Source: an uncultured Clostridia bacterium (GTDB lineage Bacteria; Bacillota; Clostridia; HGM11514). From it: DNA of 64,000 bases. The notes beneath the pieces were generated by a model, which made no database searches, was not told where the DNA came from, and worked only from the letters and a program-made list of their open reading frames with translations. The stretch is taken from the NCBI GenBank assembly GCA_934464705.1, contig CAKSKB010000002.1, forward strand, positions 12,667-76,666, in the 5' to 3' direction. Both the position numbers and the translations under genes were made by a program. Numbering within the stretch: position 1 is the first letter of the stretch; the number at the start of each line of letters is the position of its first letter. This document shows, piece after piece, positions 49,664 through 59,283 of the stretch.

Positions 49664-52600
49664 TTATTCGGAAATTCTTGTAAGTATTGCCGCCGCTTCC
49701 GCTCTTGTTGCGGTGTCGGACGGATTCAGTGTGGTTTCGCTTTTCCCGACCATTATTCCGTTTGAAACGGTGTATTTAAGTGCGTCTGCAGCGTATTCCG
49801 AAATGCTGTCAAAATCGGAATATACCGTTAAATCTGCGTCTGCCGATATATCTTTGCCTTTAAATTCGGCATATCTTGCAATGATTGCCGCCATCTGCTC
49901 GCGGGTGATGTTTTCATCGGGAGCAAACTCGGTTTCGCTCATTCCGCTGATGATTTTGTTTTCATATCCCCACGAAACGGCCTTTTCATACCATGCGTCC
50001 TTTGAAACATCGGCAAAGCTTGCCGCAGCTGCGGCCGGTTCGCCTTCAAGTCTGTAAAGAATGGTTATAAACATTGCCCTTGTGAGAAGTGCGTTCGGAG
50101 CAAATTCGGTTTCCGTTACTCCCTGCATAAGACCTTTTTCAAACACAGCCTTTACAGAATCGAAATACCATGCGCTGCTTTCGATATCCTTAAACGGAAT
50201 TTCGGTTTCGGCAGGCTTTTCATCGGGTTTTTCTTCGGAGGTATCATCGGTCTTGCCGTCTGTTTTATTATCATCGGTCTTTGAACCGCCGCCGGAACTG
50301 CCGGTGCCGGTATGTCCGCCTCCGTCCCAGTCTTCGGTGTTTTCTTCTTTTGTCCAGTCCTCGGTATAATAGAGCAAAACTTTTGCGCCCGAACTGAGTT
50401 TGTAATCGCTTATTCCGACGCTCGGGATTTTGCCGTTGACCTTATACATCCAGCCGCTGTTTGCGCCCTTATCCGCATTGCTGAGGGTGAAGCCGCTTTT
50501 TGTTACCGACCTGATATAGCCGCTTTCGATACCGTCCGCCGTTATGCCTTCGCCTTCCAGTGCGGTTTTAAGAAGGTCCGCAACGGTTGAGCCTCTCTGC
50601 ACGGTAACCGATTTTGAAAGCCATTCTTCGCCGTCTGCGTCAATTGTGAGCACTGCGGTAATATTTTTTGAAGCCGTTCCGCCGGAGGGGGTATCGGTAT
50701 CTTCTTCGCCCTCGGTTTTTCCCTCATTGCTTGAGATGAAGTCTTCTACGGTTTTGTTAATAATGTTTCCGCCCGAAACATTGAGAGAATATATATTGAA
50801 GGAACTGCAATTTTCAAGCTGGCGGAGAACAATCAGTGCGCGGAATCCCTGTTCCGTTGCAAGCGCCGTTGCTTTATCAAAGGCATCCCCGTCACGGTAG
50901 CCTGTTGCGAAGCCGTTTGCGCCATCGTTGACATAGAGCATAAGCGCATTTTCAAGCGAGCAGCCGTTTTTGATAAATCTCGGGTCTGAGGAAGGCTTAA
51001 TGCCCATCGCCGCAAGACCTGTTATTACCATTGCGTCGGAATTTACATTTCCGTATGAGCCGTTTTCGCCCTGTGCGGCGGACAGTCCGCTTACTGCCTT
51101 GTCCGCAAATCCCTTTACGGTTTCGCTGCTGCCGTAAAATCTTGCGAGGGCCGCAAGCGCTGTGCCTGTCGTATCAACATCGTCGTACTTTTCGCCGCCC
51201 CAGATTGAATAAAAAAGTCCGTTTTCGCCCTGAGCCGATATGATTGTTGAAATAAGAGCGTTTCTCTGCTCATCAGAAAGCTTAAGCTGACCTGCCTCCT
51301 CCGCAAGGAGAACCCACGGAGCGGTATAATAGCTGCTTCCGAAATCCATTTTGCCGAGCTTTTCGGCATTGCTGTAAGATTCCGTTTTACCGAACGCTGT
51401 AAGCTTTTCTGTGTTTACGCCGAGCGCCGAAAGAATAATTTCCGCTTTTGCGCGGTCGGTTACAAGAGGAGTGGTCTTGGCGAGTGCATTTACGGTCAGA
51501 TTTTTATAGTTTTCCTTGTCCGTTTTGTTCTCGCCGAAACCGAGTTTTTCATAAACAGCACAGTCAAATACTGCCCATTCGCTCCATTTGCCGGCATAGC
51601 TTGCCGCAATTTTATCCATGAGCGAATCCGCCTTTGAATCCGAAGGATAAATATTTACCGTTACGGGTTTTCTGAGGCTTGCGTTTTCGCTTTCAAATTT
51701 AAGTGTTGCGGTTTCTTCTATGACCTTTGCGGTTTCGTTCGGTTTAACGAGAGAAATTCCGTTTTCATCGCAGGAAATATATCCTTTTGTGATGTCCTTT
51801 TCGCCCTGCGATGCGGAAAGTTTTATGGTTTCGTCCGCTGTTTCGCCGTCTTTTATAAGGTTGAGTGCACCCTCTTTATATGCGGCAATGACATCGCTGT
51901 ATTTTGCGGATTCCAAAACAAGTTCGTTTGTAATTTCGCCTTTTTCGGCGGTGTTTTCACCGCTGTCGGTTACATTCGCAAGAGTGCCCTTGCCCCAAAG
52001 GCGGTTTGAATGCCCGTCAAGTCCCGAAATTGCGCCGGAAACGGAGCAGCCGTTTATGCTCGGCTTGAAATCTCCGGTCTGATATCCTGCCTGTCCCAAA
52101 AGTCCGCCGACGGTGCACCCGGGAGCATAAATATCACCTGTGTTTTCACAGTTTTCAAGCTGTACGCAGTTTGCGTTCGAGCCGACAATTCCTCCGACAT
52201 AAGCCTCTTTTTCGGAACCGGTAACCATGATAAATCCGTTGTTTTTGCTGCCGCTTACGGTAAGGCGGATGTTTTCCCACTTGTATTCCACGCTGTCGTC
52301 ATATCCGCCGACGATGCCGCCTACTCCCGCAGAACCTCTCGCAAGCGATGAAACGGAGGCGTTATTGACGCAGTTTTCTATTGTGACATTTCCTCTTGCC
52401 CTTGCCGCTATTCCTCCGACAAAAGCATAGGGTTCGGAGCAGTAAATTTCACCGTTTACGGTAAGATTTTTAACTGCTGCCCCTTCGAGGCATCCGAAAA
52501 ATCCGAAATAGCTTAAATTCGGGTTGTCAACCGTTACAGTGACGGAGTGACCGTTTCCATCGAAGCTTCCTTTGAATGAATACGCCGAGTTTTTGCCGAG

Positions 52601-54112
52601 GGGCGTCCAGCTGCCCTTAACGGTTACATCGTTTTCAAGGCTGACAAAAGAGTCCGAGGATTTTCCGTCATTTACAAGTGCCGCAAGGCTTAAAAGCTCG
52701 CTTGCCTTTGTGATTCTGTAGGGGTCTTCTTCCGTTCCGGCGCCCTGAAGTTCTGCCGGTTTATAAGAAAGATGCACCCATACGGTTTTGACTGTTTCGT
52801 TATCTTCATCGCCTACGGTGAAGGTCTGATCCTTTACATCGTAGTAATCCGAAAGATTTGTTACTTCATATTTATATTCGCCTTTTTCGGAAAGAAGATA
52901 TTCTCCGTTTTCCGGAATAATTTCTTCATCGCCTTTGAATAATCTGACGGTTCCGTCTTCCGTTCCCTCAAATTTCACCGTGCATGAATATGCGGGTTCC
53001 GGGGGTGCCGGAGGTTCGGTGGGGTTCCATACCGGAACGGGATAATTATCAAACTCGCCTTCTCTTACTTCAAAACCTTCAAGCGGAAGGGCTTTTAATT
53101 CGTCCGTTGTTTTTCCCTCTGCCGAAACGCTGCCGGAATAGAGCATTTCAAACTTGCTCCACGAGGAAGGAGAGGGGTTTTTGTCAGTATCATAATAGAA
53201 GTTTTTGCTTTCAATCGGGAAACTTGAGCGGCTGTAGCAAACGCCGTACTGTTTGGATCCCTTTATTTTTGCGCCGAGGTAAGTGTTTTTGAGACTGAGA
53301 GAACCGTTTGTTGAGTTAACCCATGAAAGCACGCCTCCGGCATACTGGGCAGAGCCCGAAATATCGCCTAGGATTGCGCAGTTTTCAACGCTGAGCGTTG
53401 TATAATACTGAGAAACGCCGAGAATCGTACCGGCATAATTTGATTTTGCGGCTGTGATTGCAACGCTGCTTACCGTGTTTTTGACGGAAAGCGTGGTTTT
53501 ATCATTTATGCTGCCGCTTGCCGAACCTGCAATTCCGCCGAGATAGGTGTTCGTTGTGGCAGAGTTGCTCTCGATTTTTCCGTTTACGATACAGTTGTCT
53601 ATCGTAACATTTGAACCGTCGCTTATAAGACCGGCAATCACACCGGCATAGTTATAATTGTCTATGCCTTCCGTTATTGAAGCGTTTTCAAAGATTATAT
53701 CGCGGACCGTCGCATTGCCTGAAATTTCGCCGATAAGACCGGTATATACTATTACCGAACCGGAAGTATATGAGTAACTGCCTTTGCCGCCCTTAAGAGA
53801 GAGGTTTTTGATTTTATGACCGTAGCCCATAAATGCGCCGGTGAGCTTTTTTATAAAGCTTGTCTGCGGTTCGGTTCCGCTCATATCGATATCGTCTGCG
53901 AGCGAAACATATCCCACTTCGGAAAGTTCCGAAAGAGCCGAAAGCTGCTCTGCATTTTCGATTATGTAGGGGTCTGCCTCCGTTCCGGAGCCTTTAAGCT
54001 CCGCTGCAAATGCAACAGCGCTCATGCACGAGAGAATCATAACCAGTGCAAGAAGGAGCGCAAGCGATTTGCCGAATACTGTCCTTTTCATTGTTTTTAC
54101 CTGACCTTTCAT
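49664..54112 (-). CDS. SLH-anchored surface protein: two GLUG-motif modules + alpha/alpha-toroid + DUF4430-like domain + three SLH repeats (1482 aa)
   Basis: Signal peptide (start may be the ATG at 54091, MKRTVFGK). GLUG-type repeats (YVGGIVGSNANCVQLENCENTG, VGGLLGQAG, YLGGIAGSASG). Toroid repeats (SAQGENGLFY, AAQGENGSYG, DVDTTGTALAAL). DUF4430-like GWMYKVNG...YKLSSGAKVLLYY. SLH repeats FKDIESSAWYFDSV..., FADVSKDAWYEKAV..., FDSISEYAADALKY.... Confidence 0.85.
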   Translation of the reverse strand: MKGQVKTMKRTVFGKSLALLLALVMILSCMSAVAFAAELKGSGTEADPYIIENAEQLSALSELSEVGYVSLADDIDMSGTEPQTSFIKKLTGAFMGYGHKIKNLSLKGGKGSYSYTSGSVIVYTGLIGEISGNATVRDIIFENASITEGIDNYNYAGVIAGLISDGSNVTIDNCIVNGKIESNSATTNTYLGGIAGSASGSINDKTTLSVKNTVSSVAITAAKSNYAGTILGVSQYYTTLSVENCAILGDISGSAQYAGGVLSWVNSTNGSLSLKNTYLGAKIKGSKQYGVCYSRSSFPIESKNFYYDTDKNPSPSSWSKFEMLYSGSVSAEGKTTDELKALPLEGFEVREGEFDNYPVPVWNPTEPPAPPEPAYSCTVKFEGTEDGTVRLFKGDEEIIPENGEYLLSEKGEYKYEVTNLSDYYDVKDQTFTVGDEDNETVKTVWVHLSYKPAELQGAGTEEDPYRITKASELLSLAALVNDGKSSDSFVSLENDVTVKGSWTPLGKNSAYSFKGSFDGNGHSVTVTVDNPNLSYFGFFGCLEGAAVKNLTVNGEIYCSEPYAFVGGIAARARGNVTIENCVNNASVSSLARGSAGVGGIVGGYDDSVEYKWENIRLTVSGSKNNGFIMVTGSEKEAYVGGIVGSNANCVQLENCENTGDIYAPGCTVGGLLGQAGYQTGDFKPSINGCSVSGAISGLDGHSNRLWGKGTLANVTDSGENTAEKGEITNELVLESAKYSDVIAAYKEGALNLIKDGETADETIKLSASQGEKDITKGYISCDENGISLVKPNETAKVIEETATLKFESENASLRKPVTVNIYPSDSKADSLMDKIAASYAGKWSEWAVFDCAVYEKLGFGENKTDKENYKNLTVNALAKTTPLVTDRAKAEIILSALGVNTEKLTAFGKTESYSNAEKLGKMDFGSSYYTAPWVLLAEEAGQLKLSDEQRNALISTIISAQGENGLFYSIWGGEKYDDVDTTGTALAALARFYGSSETVKGFADKAVSGLSAAQGENGSYGNVNSDAMVITGLAAMGIKPSSDPRFIKNGCSLENALMLYVNDGANGFATGYRDGDAFDKATALATEQGFRALIVLRQLENCSSFNIYSLNVSGGNIINKTVEDFISSNEGKTEGEEDTDTPSGGTASKNITAVLTIDADGEEWLSKSVTVQRGSTVADLLKTALEGEGITADGIESGYIRSVTKSGFTLSNADKGANSGWMYKVNGKIPSVGISDYKLSSGAKVLLYYTEDWTKEENTEDWDGGGHTGTGSSGGGSKTDDNKTDGKTDDTSEEKPDEKPAETEIPFKDIESSAWYFDSVKAVFEKGLMQGVTETEFAPNALLTRAMFITILYRLEGEPAAAAASFADVSKDAWYEKAVSWGYENKIISGMSETEFAPDENITREQMAAIIARYAEFKGKDISADADLTVYSDFDSISEYAADALKYTVSNGIMVGKSETTLNPSDTATRAEAAAILTRISE

Positions 54113-54134
54113 GAATAATTTATTTATATAAACC

Positions 54135-54167
54135 GCAAAAAAGCGGTAATCTTAAAAAGATTACCGC
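54135..54167 (-). terminator. Riboswitch expression-platform terminator (attenuator)
   Basis: Minus strand reads GCGGTAATCTT-TTT-AAGATTACCGC followed by TTTTTT, about 25 nt upstream of the start codon. Confidence 0.75.
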
Positions 54168-54224
54168 AGCGGACTTTTTTCTGCACACAAACAATACAGC
54201 ACACCCACAAAAAAGATGTACCCG

Positions 54225-54412
54225 ATAAACGCCAAGCAGGTCTTCTGACTCGCTCCGTAAAAATATCTTATGCCGCCTGCCTTCTCAGTTTCCCAATGAC
54301 TGACTTTCGTCAACGGCGGCAAAAGCGTTCCGGAACATACAGCGACCGTCATCGTCCGGGATTCTCACCCGGTTCCCTTTTCACCTCATATGCCTCCCGA
54401 GGGCATATGCGA
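54225..54412 (-). promoter_or_regulatory. Cobalamin (B12) riboswitch
   Basis: Minus strand reads ...GGTGAAAAGGGAACCGGGTGAGAATCCCGGACGATGACGGTCGCTGTA...CATTGGGAAACTGAGAAGGCAGGCGGC...GAGTCAGAAGACCTGCTTGGC. The last element is the B12 box (consensus rAGYCMGgAgaCCkGCc). Confidence 0.85.
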
Positions 54413-54445
54413 CACTTTGCGCAGTTATTCAATTTTACAAACCAA

Positions 54446-54474
54446 AGTATAGCACAACCGCCGGGGTTTGTCAA
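54446..54474 (-). promoter_or_regulatory. Promoter of the riboswitch-controlled gene
   Basis: Minus strand reads TTGACA-17 nt-TATACT, starting 4 nt after the vanW-family stop. Confidence 0.6.
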
Positions 54475-54477
54475 GCG

Positions 54478-56028
54478 TTATTTGCCTGTTTCAACTATTT
54501 TCGGAATCTGTGCGTATCGGCTGGTGGTGATTTTAACCGTGCTCTGTTCCGCTCCTCCGATTTTGACGGTTTTATAGGTTTCAACCACGCTCCCGTCCGA
54601 GCCGTTCTGCTTGATTTTCTTTTCGCCTTTGGGGAGTTTATCGGTTTCAACCTCTTTTGTTTCAAAAGGTATGGTTTCAATCTTCTTGTTGGTTATAACG
54701 ATTTCCTTTGTAGGGTCGGTATCAATACCCAAAAGCCTTATTTTCATAGTTCCGCCGACTGCCGAAGCCTCGATTTTCAGCGGATATCCGGTTGAATTTT
54801 CAAATTTGAAGTCTATATACGGCGTTGCGATTGTTGCGTCCATTCCGGCAGGAACATACCCGACCGGCATGGAGTGGTTAACCCGTTCGGTAACATTCAA
54901 ATCAGCGTAGAGCACGGCGCAGTAAAGCGTCGATGAACCCTGGCATATGCCCCCGGCAACGCCTGTTGCAACCTCGCCGTCGGCATATATCGGAGCGTCC
55001 ACATAGCCCTCCTCGTATGTTCCGCTGCCGACCGCCCCGACATACGAAAACACCTCGCCCGGCAGAAGTTCGGTTCCGTTAAGCTTTGAACATGCAAGTT
55101 CTAAATTCTTCACCCTCCCGGTGTTTCCGACGGTATAAGAGGACGAGTATGAGCTGAGTTCATCACGGTACATACCGGTAAAAAGCATATCTTTGGTTAC
55201 CTCGGGTTTGGTTGCCGCAATCGGAATATAAGCCTCGCCGCCCTTTGCTTTATCGAGAATCTTCTGTGCGGTTTTTGTGTTGAAATCCACGCCGATTTTG
55301 CCGTCCGTTGCCGTAATATGACCGCTTTCGTCTTTAGTATATTCCGCATTTTCCGGTTCGCACGCAAAAATTTTGTGCAGCTTTTCGGCAGAATACACCG
55401 TAGGTTCACACTCTGTGATTTTAAGCTTTATGCTGCCTTTTTTCCCTCTGAACATATGGTCGGAAATATCATTTTTGAGTTTTTCACGGTCTATTCCCAT
55501 GCCCCGTTTTCCGGGGATAACCACGATTTGCTCGGGTTCAACAACATAGTTTGCCGGAACGAACGGGTTTTCGATGCCTTCGGTGAACGGCGCCAGAATA
55601 TCGGTCAGGATATCGTCGCTTATATCAAGAGCCGCCCTGACCTCAAATCCTTCAAGCTTTGCGCCTATAAGCTTTTTAAGACGGCTCATCTTAGAACCGC
55701 TTTTTCCGTAGGCGAACGCATTGTCAACCGTTTCCGAAACATCTATTTCGGGCGAAAGCTCATCGGTTGTAAGCCAGAGTATTTCAGAGCCGCACACAAG
55801 CTCGATGTTTTTGTTTTCGGACTCCCCGGGAAGGTTTTCCCTTATCGTCTGTCTTGCGGCAACCCTTGACATTCCGCCGATATCCACCCCGAAAACCGTA
55901 ACGCCGTCCGCTACCGTTTCGGTGTTTTTGAGCATGAAGTGAGCATATACGGCGCCCGACGCAATAAGAATTGCCAGAACCCCGGAAATAATTATTATTG
56001 AAATTTTAAGCGTTTTTTTCTTTGCCAT
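54478..56028 (-). CDS. VanW-family protein with C-terminal G5 domain
   Basis: N-terminal TM anchor, VanW core (GGICQGSSTLYCAVLYADL...NHS.PV.YVPAGMDAT), and a G5-like C-terminus (ETIPFETKEVETDKLPKGEKKIKQNGSDG). Start at MAKKKTL overlaps the Nudix stop by 1 nt. Confidence 0.85.
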   Translation of the reverse strand: MAKKKTLKISIIIISGVLAILIASGAVYAHFMLKNTETVADGVTVFGVDIGGMSRVAARQTIRENLPGESENKNIELVCGSEILWLTTDELSPEIDVSETVDNAFAYGKSGSKMSRLKKLIGAKLEGFEVRAALDISDDILTDILAPFTEGIENPFVPANYVVEPEQIVVIPGKRGMGIDREKLKNDISDHMFRGKKGSIKLKITECEPTVYSAEKLHKIFACEPENAEYTKDESGHITATDGKIGVDFNTKTAQKILDKAKGGEAYIPIAATKPEVTKDMLFTGMYRDELSSYSSSYTVGNTGRVKNLELACSKLNGTELLPGEVFSYVGAVGSGTYEEGYVDAPIYADGEVATGVAGGICQGSSTLYCAVLYADLNVTERVNHSMPVGYVPAGMDATIATPYIDFKFENSTGYPLKIEASAVGGTMKIRLLGIDTDPTKEIVITNKKIETIPFETKEVETDKLPKGEKKIKQNGSDGSVVETYKTVKIGGAEQSTVKITTSRYAQIPKIVETGK

Positions 56029-56612
56029 TATATTTTGCCTTCTTCGCTTTTTAAAAACGGAATTATAAATGAAGTCGTCTGATAACGAAAGCTCCTCCAA
56101 TCGCCCTTGGAGTCGCCCTTTTCTTTGAGTTTTTCGGATATTTTAATCAGAAATCCGAGGTCAGCTTCCGCAAATTCGCTTATTTCGTTCTGGGTTGCGT
56201 CCTCAATAATATTTCCCGAAATTTCTTTCATGCGGAACACGAATGAATAAAAATCAAGATGCTCTCCGCCGTAGCTTATATCGTATTTAACCGCACCGAG
56301 AAAACGCTTCAGTTCTACCTTTACGCCCAGTTCCTCGCCGATTTCGCGGTAAAGCGCCGACAGAACGCTTTCGCCGAAGCGTATTCCGCCTGTCGGGATT
56401 CGGTAAACGCCTTCCGGATAGACTGAATTTCTTATAACCACGAACCTTCCGTTTTTGCGCTCAAGTGCAAACGCAACCTCGCCGCAGCGGTCTTTCACGG
56501 TGGTTCTTTTGAACGAATTAAAGAACTTCTTGCTGCCGAAGTCCAGATGAACGCATTTGAGTTTTGCGTTTCCGCCGAATTTTTTGTTAAGCTTTTCAAA
56601 TTGTTTCATCAT
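56028..56612 (-). CDS. NUDIX hydrolase
   Basis: Nudix box GGIRFGESVLSALYREIGEELGV. Start is ambiguous: ATG at 56612/56609, or an upstream TTG at 56636. Confidence 0.75.
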   Translation of the reverse strand: MMKQFEKLNKKFGGNAKLKCVHLDFGSKKFFNSFKRTTVKDRCGEVAFALERKNGRFVVIRNSVYPEGVYRIPTGGIRFGESVLSALYREIGEELGVKVELKRFLGAVKYDISYGGEHLDFYSFVFRMKEISGNIIEDATQNEISEFAEADLGFLIKISEKLKEKGDSKGDWRSFRYQTTSFIIPFLKSEEGKI

Positions 56613-56756
56613 TTCGTCCAGCGGAAACACCTCCAAATATCACTATTATACTATTATACATCAAAATAATAATTATGTAAATACAATTTTTAATAATTAA
56701 TTTTAATGTAATAAAAACACTGCCCCGCAAATAAACTCAAACAAGAGGTGATAATC

Positions 56757-57797
56757 GTGAAGAAAAGCTTTCGGAGCGCCGCTTTTGTGATTAGAAAGCG
56801 GCAGCTTGCGGCTGTACCTATACTTATTATGATTGTAATTCTGACGAAAATAAGCTTTAGTGTGCCGTGCAGCCGTCTTATATTTAAAACCGCACTTTTA
56901 TGCATGGACAACTCCGAAAGTGTTTTCGGAGGCTATAAATCGGTGTTCGCAAGTTCCAACATTGTGTTTGCTTCTGCCGCCAAAGAACTTAAGGCGGCCG
57001 CCGAACCGGTGGCTGCTGCGCCCGAGCCCGAGCCGCAGCCCGAGGAATCCGCTGCCGCACCGGCTTCAAAGGCGATTTCCATTCCGTCGTCGGGAACGCA
57101 GATAAAAAACCATACAAGCTTTGCGGTCGATACGGATGCGCTCTTTGGCCGTGATATTGATTTTCTTCCGGTTGAGATTGATTCTGCAGAGCCGCAGGTG
57201 CTGATTTTTCATACTCATACAACGGAAAGCTTTGAGGGTTCCGACAGAACCGATGATGAAGAAAAAAATGTTGTTGCCGTCGGAAATGTAATAGAAAAGT
57301 GCCTTTCCGACAGGGGGGTGAATGTCCTGCACTGCAAAACCGTACACGATTACGATTATAATGGTTCATATCTCCGAAGCTACGAAACGGTCGAGACGCT
57401 GCTTGCCGAGAATCCGTCCGTGAAGGTCGTTCTCGATGTGCACCGTGACGGCATAACATACGAGGACGGCTCGGGGCTTCGCGTTACCGCCGATATTAAC
57501 GGCGAAACCCAGGCGCAGTTCATGCTTGTTCTCGGAACGGACGAGGGCGGACTTTATCATCCGAACTGGGAACAGAATCTGTCATTCGGGCTTAAAATTC
57601 AGCAGAGCATGAACGAAAAATATCCCGGGCTGGCAAGACCTCTCGATTTGCGTACCGAGCGCTTCAATCAGTGCCTTTCGCCCGGAATGTTAATCGTGGA
57701 ATGCGGTGGAAACGGAAACACTCTCGATGAAGTAAAACGGGGTGCGGTATCGTTTTCCGACGCACTTTTTGATGTGATTACGGCTCAAAACCGGTAA
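56757..57797 (+). CDS. spoIIP: Stage II sporulation protein P
   Basis: TM anchor, IFHTHTTESF, VLDVHRDG and LVLG.....PNW..NL.F are SpoIIP amidase-family motifs. GTG at 56757 lies 6 nt after AGAGGTGA. Confidence 0.85.
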   Translation: MKKSFRSAAFVIRKRQLAAVPILIMIVILTKISFSVPCSRLIFKTALLCMDNSESVFGGYKSVFASSNIVFASAAKELKAAAEPVAAAPEPEPQPEESAAAPASKAISIPSSGTQIKNHTSFAVDTDALFGRDIDFLPVEIDSAEPQVLIFHTHTTESFEGSDRTDDEEKNVVAVGNVIEKCLSDRGVNVLHCKTVHDYDYNGSYLRSYETVETLLAENPSVKVVLDVHRDGITYEDGSGLRVTADINGETQAQFMLVLGTDEGGLYHPNWEQNLSFGLKIQQSMNEKYPGLARPLDLRTERFNQCLSPGMLIVECGGNGNTLDEVKRGAVSFSDALFDVITAQNR

Positions 57798-57900
57798 AAT
57801 CATTAAAAAAATTAATTTTTTTGAAAAAAATGCTTGATTTTTTGCGGATAATGTGTTAAACTTTATGTTATGAATGAATAGGTATCGGGAGGTGAACGAT

Positions 57901-58161
57901 TTGCCTAATACAGTATCTGCTATCAAGAAGGTAAGAGTTATTAAAACAAAAACTCTGAGAAATCAGATGATTAAGTCTGCTTTAAAGACTGCTCTTAAGA
58001 ATTTCGACGCTGCACTCGAATCGGGTGACGCTCAGGTTAAGACAGACGCTTTCAAGCTTGCTGTTAAAAAGCTTGACCAGGCTGCTGCAAAGGGTATTCT
58101 TCATAAGAATAACGCTGCACATAAAAAGGCTCAGCTTGCATCTAAGCTCGCAAAAGCGTAA
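57901..58161 (+). CDS. rpsT: 30S ribosomal protein S20
   Basis: TTG start 4 nt after GGGAGGTGA. MPNTVSAIKKVRVIKTKTLRNQMIKSALKT...LHKNNAAHKKAQLA. Confidence 0.9.
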   Translation: MPNTVSAIKKVRVIKTKTLRNQMIKSALKTALKNFDAALESGDAQVKTDAFKLAVKKLDQAAAKGILHKNNAAHKKAQLASKLAKA

Positions 58162-58180
58162 AATTTTAACTTTACCTTTA

Positions 58181-58208
58181 AACAACCGACTTTTTCGGTT
58201 GTTTTTTG
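58181..58208. terminator. Bidirectional terminator between rpsT and the XRE gene
   Basis: AACAACCGA-CTTTT-TCGGTTGTT followed by TTTT. Confidence 0.75.
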
Positions 58209-58217
58209 TTTTTAAAC

Positions 58218-58442
58218 TTATCTGAAATCAAAAAGTTCTTTGGGGGAAATCTCCAGTATCTCACACATTCTGAAAATCACATCAAGTGATGTTCCGACAT
58301 TTGCAAGCTCGATTGCGCTTATGTGGCTGCGGTCGATATTTAAAGCTTCCGCAAATTTCATTTGAGTAAAGCCCTTCTTTTTTCTGTAATAAGCAATGTT
58401 AAGCCCGAGGCTGCGATACTGTTCTTTGTAATTTTTATCCAT
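58218..58442 (-). CDS. XRE-family helix-turn-helix transcriptional regulator (74 aa)
   Basis: LGLNIAYYRKKKGFTQMKFAEALNIDRSHISAIE is an HTH_3 signature. Confidence 0.85.
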   Translation of the reverse strand: MDKNYKEQYRSLGLNIAYYRKKKGFTQMKFAEALNIDRSHISAIELANVGTSLDVIFRMCEILEISPKELFDFR

Positions 58443-58520
58443 TCTATCACCTTGTATAATATTCTATACATTAATTTTATCAGTTATAAATATTTTTATA
58501 AACCTTGTGAAAACCCAATT

Positions 58521-58556
58521 TTGACTATTGACACAAGTCAAAAAATGTGTTAGAAT
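58521..58556 (+). promoter_or_regulatory. Promoter of the OB-fold membrane protein gene with overlapping inverted repeat
   Basis: TTGACA-17 nt-TAGAAT (58528-58556). The inverted repeat TTGACT-N9-AGTCAA (58521-58541) overlaps the -35, a possible operator for the divergent XRE regulator. Confidence 0.45.
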
Positions 58557-58596
58557 AAATTTGTTGGAATATTTTATGAAAATCGGAGGATAAACG

Positions 58597-59154
58597 ATGG
58601 AAGAAAAAAATGAAGTAAAACAGAAAAAGCCGCTTTACAAAAGACCGTGGTTTATAATTCTGGCGGTTATTGCGGTTATCGGCTTTGCAAGAAGCGGTTT
58701 TAACAAACCGCTGCCGAACAAAGAATACAAAAGGCAGACCGTACAGCCGGCGGAAAACACGGCACAGGAAAGCCCGGAACAGTCCGGACAGACCGCCGAA
58801 ACTCCGCAGGTTCAGCCGGAAGAGGAGCACGAATATCAGATTTGCATTGCAGATGACCTTTTTGAAGCTTTGAAAAACAATGCTCTTAATGCGAAGAACA
58901 CATATAACGGGCAGTATATCGAGCTTTCCGGCGTTCTCAATAACATGGACAGCGACGGAGCGTATTTCGGTGTGGGCGCATTTGACCAAAGCGTGTATGA
59001 TTCGGTAACATGCAGTATCAAAAACGAGGAACAGAAAAATATTATTGCCGGCTTTTCAACCGGGGACATGATAATTGTGCGCGGCAAAATCACCGAGGTG
59101 GGCGATATTTTGGGATATTATATGGATGTTGACGAAATAGTTGTTTCGGAGTAA
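58597..59154 (+). CDS. Membrane-anchored protein with OB-fold (tRNA_anti-like) domain
   Basis: TM helix, Pro/Gln/Glu-rich linker, then LFEALKNNALNAKNTYNGQYIELSGVL...IVRGKI, typical of the tRNA_anti-like family. Confidence 0.6.
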   Translation: MEEKNEVKQKKPLYKRPWFIILAVIAVIGFARSGFNKPLPNKEYKRQTVQPAENTAQESPEQSGQTAETPQVQPEEEHEYQICIADDLFEALKNNALNAKNTYNGQYIELSGVLNNMDSDGAYFGVGAFDQSVYDSVTCSIKNEEQKNIIAGFSTGDMIIVRGKITEVGDILGYYMDVDEIVVSE

Positions 59155-59283
59155 ATGAAAATCCGTCGGTTTTGCCGGCGGATTTTTATTTTGCCGAAAA
59201 CCGTCGCTTTTTGCGATTGACATTATGCGTTTTATTTGGTATACTTATATTATCGAAGAATAAAATGTTACAAAGGTGATAAA

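Noticed and set aside
54161-54577. Small ORFs of 63 and 93 aa between the vanW-family gene and the SLH gene
   Set aside because: They overlap the cobalamin riboswitch and its promoter, and they have no RBS.
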